From a virus (Duplodnaviria; Caudoviricetes): DNA of 31,589 nucleotides. This document shows positions 24,489 through 31,589 of the stretch, one piece after another (within the stretch, counting starts at the first letter, position 1; every line of letters begins with the position of its first letter). The translations under genes and the position numbers were made by a program. Location of the stretch: IMG/VR virus record IMGVR_UViG_3300045006_000496, positions 1 to 31,589 of that record; one strand, given 5' to 3'. The notes under the pieces were generated by a model, which saw only the letters and a list, made by a program, of their open reading frames with translations, was not told the DNA's origin and searched no databases.

Positions 24489-27398
24489 TTAATCTGTAAA
24501 TGCCGCACCGCTATCTGTTAGTACGAAATCTAGACAGATGTATTCAATGGCTCGTGCGGGCTTAAGCAAGATCTTAGCATATAGAATATTTCTATCTACC
24601 AAATCTGGTGTAGTTGTTGAACTATCCAAGATAAACTTGAAATTAGTGATGCCAAGTCGAGCCTGAACGCTTCTTAGGAATGGTACCGCATCGCTAGTAA
24701 ACCTTGCCCAAGTTTGTTCAACGTTTTGATCAAACAAAGTCATTGCAGCCATTCTAGAAATCTGTTTCTTCACGTAAATTAGCATTCTACGCACATTGAT
24801 CCTATCAAGTGCTGAAGGAGTGGCCTGCAATGTCTTTTGCCCGTAAACAACGATGCCCTCGTTCGGGAACTGAGCAATAGGATTAATAGCATACTGATAA
24901 AGCTTATCTCTGTCGTCCGCTGAAAGCTTGTCACGCACATTAATTACCTGTAGTCCTGCTGCTCCTTGTGTCAAGCCTCCTCTGGTAAACCCAGCAGGAG
25001 CAAACCATAACTCGGATTTTCTTTCACCAGAAGCCATGGTGCCCAAAGCCACGACCGAAGGCGGCACCCACACACAGGCACCGTTAATGCTATCCTTGAT
25101 CTGCACCCACGGGTAATATGCACAGCCATAGCTGGTATTTAGTCCCCTGGATTTTAGCTCATTAACTGTAGTAGCTACATCTCCTACGTTGTCTTCCGGA
25201 TCAGAATTGTTTTCTGTTCCCGGAACATAGCCACCTTCAAGATCTATAATGCCTAGTGCATCACCCCTTGCTTCACAGATTGTAAGAATATGGCTTGTCA
25301 ATCCCGCATGTGTAAGTCCGGGCATCGTTAGAACATTATATTCTATTACCTCGGCATCAGCACAGGCATCAATAGCCTTTTTGATGCTGTAATAAGGCCC
25401 GTTTGTAGTTTCTGATACTGTGCCTGTCCACTGAGAGTTTCGGAAAGGCTCCTCTTCGCGGATGTTCAATCCATCAAAGCCGCCATAGAGAGGCATAGTA
25501 AAACGATTGAACTCTGCATTCAATACAAGTTCATAGCTGGCACTGGCATGCATTATAGCTCCAGTATCATCATAATAGGTTCCAGCAGTAATGGATGAAC
25601 CAGTCGAAGGCGCTAATGCACGATTGCCAGCAGCATATTCAGCGTCCGTGGTGCTGCCTGAAGCCCACGCTACATCATCAAGAGAGAAGATAAACGATGC
25701 TGAAGTCTGATCATCGGCATCCTCATCGTATCCATCCACGCCAAGAGGTTTTGTGCGGACGAGATCACTATAACTTTCTTCGAACCTCGTAGCATCGCTG
25801 AGCCGGGTAGAATCTGCACCCCAATATGCTCGTTTTGGCGAAGATAAAGAGCCATCTACGGTAGTGGTTCTTAGCGGTAGACTCGGAAACAAGAACGAAC
25901 ATATAAAGGGTGTCGGACAACCCGAAATATCATCACCTGTATTGGTACAGTAAGGCATGGAGCCTGACCCACGCACGGGATCTGCACCCGCAAATTGAAT
26001 TCCGCTGCCGCTTTCAAATGCGTCATCCGGCATTGTAAATCTTGGAGGCCCATAGAAGCCGAAAGGCAGCAACCTTGGATCAACGGCACCCGCTTCTACA
26101 TCCGAGTTCATTTCCACGCGAACAAATTTGCTCTTGTTGGCGTAGTTGCCGTAATAGCGATACCTACGATCTGTGTCGCTCCATAAAGAATAGCTATCTC
26201 CAATTTTCACAGCAAGATAGTTCGTTGAAGCAGGATTCAGGTTGCAAGAAGAAAACTGTTCTAGAACCTTCGGAGTCCCATCACTATCTGAAGCTTCACG
26301 AACTTCTACAGTAAACGTACCATAGGGATCTAGATCTGTGCTGGAAGCTTGAATGTTCTTAATAGAGATCTTAAGCTTCCGTTGATCCCATTCTCCGTTT
26401 TCTAATCCCCGGAAACGGAATAGCTTGGTCATATCTCTGGGATCGTAGCTACCAGTATTATCTGTCAAATCCTGAGAGATGACCCAGCCGCTTCTTGGAG
26501 CCTTGGTTCCCATCCGAAAATCGTGACCTGTCCAGGTTTGACTATCTAGAGCAAGGATGCAGCCGATAGCCTTTCCAATAGAGCCGGTAGTAATATTTTC
26601 CATCAAAAATCTGTCAAAGGTTTCTCCAAGCCAATAAGTCTTCACATTATCAGAATCAGTAATTGTGCTGTTTGTCAGTGTCGGGTTAGTGCTGAAGACC
26701 TTTCTGATATATTGCGTACTAGAGCGGCTAAAGTTAAACGAAGCGGTCACAAATTCTGCACCAGAACCATCTTCGATAACTGCCTTAAAGCCATAATTAT
26801 CACCTACGTTCATAATAAGTCCGGCTGCACCACCAGAGCCCGTTATAGAGGCTCCCGAAGGGGCTGCCCAAGTAGGGCCTTGCAGACGGATTGCACCTTC
26901 TGTAAGATAGAAAACCGCAGCCAAACACATATTGCCAATATCGCCATCTACTGCACTGCCCGATTGACCCACAAAAAGGCCAAACGCACCGCCGTTATCA
27001 CCAAGAACAGGATCGGGCTCGTTAACACCCGCTTTCCAGCCGTTGTATCCTGCTTCGACAGCTTCACTGTGCTCATCTCCTAGAAGCCTAACTACATTTA
27101 AAGGACTGGCATTTTTTAACCACGCCTGAGCCGCATATGCAGCATAAGTAGGAGCAAGATAATTTCCATCTCGCCACACATCACCACCTTGACCTCCGGG
27201 AACTGGATTTCCAAAGATTTCTACAAATTCTGCAAAAGAATTAACCTTTACTGGACGCATAGCAGGACCACGCTCCAGTCGTCCGATAACCAAAGGCCCA
27301 ATGTCACCGCCTTCTTTGGGCAGTGTGGTTTGATCTGTTTCTGAAGCCCAAATTCCAGGAGAAACAAACTTAAATTTTTGAACTGCTTGTGATGCCAT
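24489..27398 (-). CDS. contractile tail sheath protein (T4 gp18-like)
   Basis: SPGI...E.D N-terminus; YYPWV, VPPS, WFAPAGFTRG, INPI, GQKTLQ...SALDRINVRR, PARAIEYI. Confidence 0.95.
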   Translation of the reverse strand: MASQAVQKFKFVSPGIWASETDQTTLPKEGGDIGPLVIGRLERGPAMRPVKVNSFAEFVEIFGNPVPGGQGGDVWRDGNYLAPTYAAYAAQAWLKNASPLNVVRLLGDEHSEAVEAGYNGWKAGVNEPDPVLGDNGGAFGLFVGQSGSAVDGDIGNMCLAAVFYLTEGAIRLQGPTWAAPSGASITGSGGAAGLIMNVGDNYGFKAVIEDGSGAEFVTASFNFSRSSTQYIRKVFSTNPTLTNSTITDSDNVKTYWLGETFDRFLMENITTGSIGKAIGCILALDSQTWTGHDFRMGTKAPRSGWVISQDLTDNTGSYDPRDMTKLFRFRGLENGEWDQRKLKISIKNIQASSTDLDPYGTFTVEVREASDSDGTPKVLEQFSSCNLNPASTNYLAVKIGDSYSLWSDTDRRYRYYGNYANKSKFVRVEMNSDVEAGAVDPRLLPFGFYGPPRFTMPDDAFESGSGIQFAGADPVRGSGSMPYCTNTGDDISGCPTPFICSFLFPSLPLRTTTVDGSLSSPKRAYWGADSTRLSDATRFEESYSDLVRTKPLGVDGYDEDADDQTSASFIFSLDDVAWASGSTTDAEYAAGNRALAPSTGSSITAGTYYDDTGAIMHASASYELVLNAEFNRFTMPLYGGFDGLNIREEEPFRNSQWTGTVSETTNGPYYSIKKAIDACADAEVIEYNVLTMPGLTHAGLTSHILTICEARGDALGIIDLEGGYVPGTENNSDPEDNVGDVATTVNELKSRGLNTSYGCAYYPWVQIKDSINGACVWVPPSVVALGTMASGERKSELWFAPAGFTRGGLTQGAAGLQVINVRDKLSADDRDKLYQYAINPIAQFPNEGIVVYGQKTLQATPSALDRINVRRMLIYVKKQISRMAAMTLFDQNVEQTWARFTSDAVPFLRSVQARLGITNFKFILDSSTTTPDLVDRNILYAKILLKPARAIEYICLDFVLTDSGAAFTD

Positions 27399-27435
27399 GA
27401 AGTTAATCTCCCATAGTTATTCTATAGCTCTTTTC

Positions 27436-27444
27436 ATAAATAGT
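27436..27444 (-). promoter_or_regulatory. candidate late promoter motif ACTATTTAT
   Basis: The same CTA(T/A/C)TTAT motif precedes the tube (24470), chaperone (23850), 109-aa (22683) and tape measure (22304) genes. Confidence 0.6.
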
Positions 27445-27472
27445 ATGATATTTGTTGAACGTCCGATATAAA

Positions 27473-27988
27473 TTAAGAACGCTTTTGGAAGAAAAGCTCT
27501 CTTTTTAGTTCTTCTTGAATGATCTCTTCTAGCCTGCTGGCTGGCTTCATACAGGTGATGCTGATCTTGGTTTCCTTATCATGCAGCCGAACGGAGATAC
27601 GATTAAATACATGATCTGGATCTGGATCTTCTAGGAGAACGCCGAGGGTGCTCTTGTCTGCATTTGGATATTCTGGATATACCCTAACCAGATCTCCCTT
27701 CTTGGGAATCCAGGAGAGCTTAATGCCCGTGGTCTTGGCACCATAGGCGTACATAAAAAGCAGATTTGCTCCCTGGAGATTTGCTTCTTGAAGGTCTGCT
27801 TCATAGAGGTTTGCTCCATAGAGATCTGCTCTCTGGAGGTTTGCTTCTTGGAGATCTGCTTCCTGGAGATTTGCTACATAGAGATCTGCTTCATAGAGAT
27901 TTGCCTTCTGGAGGTTCGCTCCCTGGAGGTTTGCTCGCGCTAGGCACTTGCCAGCCTGTACAGCGGCAATAATTTCTTCTCTTGTCAT
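27473..27988 (-). CDS. pentapeptide-repeat protein with KOW/SH3-like C-terminal domain (copy 1)
   Basis: A(N/D)Lxx repeats, then WIPKKGDLVRV and PASRLEEIIQEELK. Confidence 0.9.
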   Translation of the reverse strand: MTREEIIAAVQAGKCLARANLQGANLQKANLYEADLYVANLQEADLQEANLQRADLYGANLYEADLQEANLQGANLLFMYAYGAKTTGIKLSWIPKKGDLVRVYPEYPNADKSTLGVLLEDPDPDHVFNRISVRLHDKETKISITCMKPASRLEEIIQEELKRELFFQKRS

Positions 27989-28503
27989 CTTTTTAGCTCC
28001 TTTTTTAGTTCTTCTTGAATGATCTCTTCTAGCCTGCTGGCTGGCTTCATATGAGTGATGCCGAACTTTATTTCCCTGTCATGCAGTCGAACGGAAACAA
28101 GATTAAATATACGATCTGGATCTGGATCTTCTAGGAGAATGCCGAGAGCGCCCTTGTCTGCATATGGAAAGTCTGGATATGTTCTAACCAGATCTCCTTT
28201 CTTAGGAACCCAGGAAAGCTTAATGCCTGCGGTCTTGGCTTCATAGGCATACATAAAAAACAGATTTGCTTCTTGGAAGTTAGCTCCTCGGAGGTCTGCT
28301 TCATAGAAATTTGCTCCATAGAGATTTGCTCTCCGGAAGTCTGCTTTCCGAAGATCTGCTCTTTGAAAGCTTGCTTCCTGGAGATTTGCTCTCCGGAAGC
28401 TGGCCCCACGAAGGCTAACCACACGGAGGTTTGCTCCCCGAAGATTTGCTCGTGCCAGGCTCTTGCCAGCACGGGCAGCAGCGATGATTTTTTCTCTTAT
28501 CAT
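27985..28503 (-). CDS. pentapeptide-repeat protein (copy 2)
   Basis: A(N/D/S)(L/F)xx repeats; same C-terminal module as copy 1. Confidence 0.9.
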   Translation of the reverse strand: MIREKIIAAARAGKSLARANLRGANLRVVSLRGASFRRANLQEASFQRADLRKADFRRANLYGANFYEADLRGANFQEANLFFMYAYEAKTAGIKLSWVPKKGDLVRTYPDFPYADKGALGILLEDPDPDRIFNLVSVRLHDREIKFGITHMKPASRLEEIIQEELKKELKR

Positions 28504-28508
28504 GAGCT

Positions 28509-29369
28509 TTACGTCCTATATCCTCCCTCGATTCCCGGCTTTCTATTGGGAGGTCCATGTTCAATTTCATCGCCCATAATTGTTCGCTCGCGCATAAATT
28601 TGAATTCCGCAGCAGTCTCATGTACAGCAACTCTAGGCCCTTCTTCGTTGTCCCCGGCACCAATAGTATAGCCTAACGCCTCTATTGTAATTTTTGTTTC
28701 AAAATTCCTAGAATCTTCGGTCCCCATGTTCGCCACGTTGTTGTTCAGATCAAAGTCTCCTTTGATAAAGCATTCATATCTATGCCCGTTTGTTCCGGTG
28801 ACAACAAAATAATTTGTTCTTTCTCCTACTGCAACAAACGGCTGAAGAAGCTGATTCATCTGTTCTTGATATTCCGTTCTCAAGCTGATAACATATGTCA
28901 TGAGCACATAAATCGGCATAGGAATATAAGCTACTTCATAGACCACTTTCTTGTTTATCCTGGGAAAAGTAGGCTGCAAATGCCCACCATATTCAGGAGC
29001 TTTTGCACTATCTGCGTTCGCAAAGTTTGATGTCTTTTCATGATTTATTCTATATGCTACCGCGATATTCCCGCCTCTGGGATCATAGCCAGATTTTGCC
29101 AATGCATAGCCAGCAAAGGCTCCTACTTTGGATAAATCCTTGTTGGTTCCGGTTCTCTCCAGGGTGATCAGGGGAAGAACAAGCACGCCTTTGTTGGGAA
29201 TCCGCTTGGTTGCAAATGCTCGCTCTGGTCCTGCCCAGATAACATCAACAAACTTGAAGCCTGTGTTAGTAACACAAGAAAGCTTTTTGTCTTGAAGCCA
29301 AAGAAACATTGCTTCATCTATATGTTCCAGCATAGAGGGCGTTACTGGAAAGCTTTCTTTAAGAGACAT
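28509..29369 (-). CDS. tail completion/sheath terminator protein (T4 gp15-like)
   Basis: IWAGPERA, LPLITLERT, P.YV.MTY.I..RT.YQEQMNQL; upstream of the sheath. Confidence 0.7.
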   Translation of the reverse strand: MSLKESFPVTPSMLEHIDEAMFLWLQDKKLSCVTNTGFKFVDVIWAGPERAFATKRIPNKGVLVLPLITLERTGTNKDLSKVGAFAGYALAKSGYDPRGGNIAVAYRINHEKTSNFANADSAKAPEYGGHLQPTFPRINKKVVYEVAYIPMPIYVLMTYVISLRTEYQEQMNQLLQPFVAVGERTNYFVVTGTNGHRYECFIKGDFDLNNNVANMGTEDSRNFETKITIEALGYTIGAGDNEEGPRVAVHETAAEFKFMRERTIMGDEIEHGPPNRKPGIEGGYRT

Positions 29370-30570
29370 GGTGTGCTCCTGATTTATTAAAGATCATTTC
29401 TTTTTTTAGTTCCTCTTGAATGATCTCTTCTAGCCTGCTGGCTGGCTTCATATAAGTGATGCTGGGTTTAAGTTCCCTATCGTGCAGCCGAATGGAGATA
29501 GGATTAAATATATGATTTGGATCTGGATCTTCCAGGAGGATGCCAAGGGTGAATTTATCTGAATTTAGATATTCTAGGTATGCCCTGACTAGATCTCCTT
29601 TTTTGGGAACCCAAGAGAGCTTAATGCCTGTAGTCTTGGCTCTATAGGCAAGCATAAAAAGCAGATCTGCTTCTTGGAGATCTGCTTCCTGGAGATTTGC
29701 TTCCTGGAGATATACTCCCCGGAGGTTTGCTTTTTGGAGGCTTGCTCTCTGGAGGTTTGCTCTCTGGAGATTTGCTCCATAAAGGTTTGCTCCCTGAAGG
29801 TTTGCTCCCTGAAGGTTTGCTTTATAGAGATCTACTTCCGGAAGATCTACTCTCTGAAGACTTGCCCCTCGGAGGTTTGCCCGCGCTAGGCACTTGCCAG
29901 CCTGTACAGCGGCAATGATTTCTTCTCTTGTCATGCCCTGTGACTTTTCATCTTCTACTACCACCTGTTTAGCATGAGCACCAAATATAACATCAAAATC
30001 ATCATGTGCTCCTTGGCTCTCAGATATCTGTTTTACCTTTTTTCCCTGTTGTCTCTCGTCATGCACCCACCGCCAAAAAGAACCAATATTCATAGAAAAA
30101 TGACTACCATAGAATTTTTCTGGTTCATCGTAATGCTGTTTATAGGCTTTTACTGCTTCTTCTTCATCGTCAAAGCCCACAAAACACTTTTGTTCATCAA
30201 ACTTGCCTGTTTCTGGATCATTTTGATTAACTATGACCACCAAAGGAGAATCATAATTCAATCCCACATAAATGTCCAAAGGATCACCATCAACAGTTTC
30301 CGTGTCTCTAGCTTCTCCATAGGCAAATTTCATCTTAGTTTCCCATGGTGTGCCATCTTCATCTACGCCCTTGCGAACAGATCCGGGCATATTTTCTACA
30401 TCAATTTCGATACCCTGAAAATTAATATATCCCTGAAAGGGAAACTTCTTTCTCTTTTTCTTTGGCTTTTCTATAGCTATTTTTTTAAAGCTATATGGAA
30501 CCTCTACGGTTTTTTGTTCAAGCAACAGCCATTCTCTATATTGGCTCACATCAAAAATTTCTTTGTTCAT
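29359..30570 (-). CDS. InPase-type inorganic pyrophosphatase domain fused to pentapeptide module (copy 3)
   Basis: EN.PGSVR.GVD.DG.PW...M..AYG...T...DGDPLDIYVG...FDEQK...GF...A..AY, then MTREEIIAA pentapeptide module. Confidence 0.8.
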   Translation of the reverse strand: MNKEIFDVSQYREWLLLEQKTVEVPYSFKKIAIEKPKKKRKKFPFQGYINFQGIEIDVENMPGSVRKGVDEDGTPWETKMKFAYGEARDTETVDGDPLDIYVGLNYDSPLVVIVNQNDPETGKFDEQKCFVGFDDEEEAVKAYKQHYDEPEKFYGSHFSMNIGSFWRWVHDERQQGKKVKQISESQGAHDDFDVIFGAHAKQVVVEDEKSQGMTREEIIAAVQAGKCLARANLRGASLQRVDLPEVDLYKANLQGANLQGANLYGANLQRANLQRASLQKANLRGVYLQEANLQEADLQEADLLFMLAYRAKTTGIKLSWVPKKGDLVRAYLEYLNSDKFTLGILLEDPDPNHIFNPISIRLHDRELKPSITYMKPASRLEEIIQEELKKEMIFNKSGAHHVS

Positions 30571-31313
30571 CGAATGTTCTCCAATATAGCACTTGGAAAA
30601 CGCCTTCTAATATAAGCTTCCCAAGTTGCTCGTATTTTTTTAATGACCAGGCGCACAACAGGATCGCCACTGGATTTGCCTATTTGTGCGCCATAATCTA
30701 TAGCTACTTTATCAAAAAATTGATCTAGCATTACTTTTACTGATACCTTGTGCATCTTGGCGTGCTTATATAAGCCCGCAGCAAACGCTTCTGTTTCCGC
30801 CGGATCAAGAAAATATGCATACATGCCTTTATTATAGCTAAGTGCAGCTTGTTTAACTGCCGCAACAGATTGGTGCATGTGTTCTAGTTCATGACGCACA
30901 GCTTCTTTAATATTGGTAACAAGATCATTTAGGTTTTGATCAAAATCGCGCCAAGTCCAATCAATAGGTATTAGATATCCTAAAAACATCCTGGCATTTT
31001 CTGGCATATAGTCTCCGTACAGATAAGGAGCCGATTTATCTTTTGATGCCCGCGATATCAAGAAAACAATACTTTTAAGCTTGGGTAAAAGAGCATGCAA
31101 CAATTGCACCTGTTGCCGATTTCGCCCTGTTCGTTCTTCAAAATCCTGACGATCCCGATTAAATACCCAATATCCATTAGTTCCAGCCAACAGGTTCACC
31201 CAATATTCACCAACAGGCATAGATTTAAAAGGGCGACTCTCTTTGACAAGGGAAAGCAACACTCTAGATATTAAAGTCGTTTCTCGTTCTAGTTTTCCCT
31301 CATCAATTCGCAT
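30567..31313 (-). CDS. zincin-like HExxH metallopeptidase-domain protein
   Basis: VRHELEHMHQ with downstream YF..P.ETEAFA. Confidence 0.65.
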   Translation of the reverse strand: MRIDEGKLERETTLISRVLLSLVKESRPFKSMPVGEYWVNLLAGTNGYWVFNRDRQDFEERTGRNRQQVQLLHALLPKLKSIVFLISRASKDKSAPYLYGDYMPENARMFLGYLIPIDWTWRDFDQNLNDLVTNIKEAVRHELEHMHQSVAAVKQAALSYNKGMYAYFLDPAETEAFAAGLYKHAKMHKVSVKVMLDQFFDKVAIDYGAQIGKSSGDPVVRLVIKKIRATWEAYIRRRFPSAILENIR

Positions 31314-31589
31314 TAAACATCCCCGATCTTGCTTCTAGACACTCCGCTACGATTTCTACCTTGTTGTTCCACTGTCCAAAAGTCTCTCTGGGCTCAAAAG
31401 CTTTTACAATTTCATAAAAAGTATCCCCATATAAGACAAAATCTCCAATTTTTACAAAAACATCCTGATCTTCACATAGGCGGCGCTTAAAAAAATGCAC
31501 TGTTATAGTATTGCGCTCATCAACACCATAATTTGTATTTTCTACTGTCTCTCCATGCCATTCTATAGAACAATATATCCTAATTGGAG
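31303..31589 (-). CDS. neck/head-completion protein (T4 gp14-like), partial
   Basis: Frame open to the right edge (PIRIYCSIEW...YGVD...TVHFFKRRL...KIGDFVLYGDTFYEI); position upstream of the gp15-like gene. Confidence 0.6.
   Translation of the reverse strand, partial: PIRIYCSIEWHGETVENTNYGVDERNTITVHFFKRRLCEDQDVFVKIGDFVLYGDTFYEIVKAFEPRETFGQWNNKVEIVAECLEARSGMFNAN

Noticed and set aside
27473-29934. Diversity-generating retroelement TR/VR pair
   Set aside because: No reverse transcriptase in the window, differences between copies are not visibly adenine-restricted, and all copies are intact ORFs.
1021-30728. All plus-strand ORFs in the track
   Set aside because: They are antisense shadows of tightly tiled minus-strand genes or tRNAs, with no recognisable motifs.
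1-31589. Stop-codon reassignment or suppressor tRNA
   Set aside because: Genes are full length in the standard code with all three stops used; the UAG anticodon tRNA is Leu, not an amber suppressor.

Overview
Fragment of a large myovirus-type (contractile-tailed) phage genome, roughly 40% GC by eye, with essentially all real genes on the minus strand. The right half (about 14.1-31.6 kb) is a neck/tail/baseplate operon: gp14-like neck (partial), gp15-like terminator, sheath, tube, chaperone pair with a probable frameshift, tape measure, LysM and hub-like proteins. It is interrupted by three recently duplicated pentapeptide-repeat modules, an InPase-type domain and an HExxH protein. The middle encodes a short family-A DNA polymerase and a tubulin/FtsZ-like GTPase. 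The left half is an accessory region with about 12 tRNA or tRNA-like genes (several atypical, chimeric or truncated), two RNA ligases, an AAA+ ATPase and SLOG, Nmad1-like and GNAT-like proteins. Most unusual signals: (1) four unrelated sites where 36-38 bp of phage sequence is directly duplicated around a 36-42 bp GC-rich insert, the geometry expected from ectopic Cas1-Cas2-type spacer integration; (2) a helical DIP1984-like gene followed by a strongly structured ~200-nt putative ncRNA; (3) a tRNA-like RNA with two T-arm-like hairpins. All protein family calls come from motif recognition by eye, not database searches.
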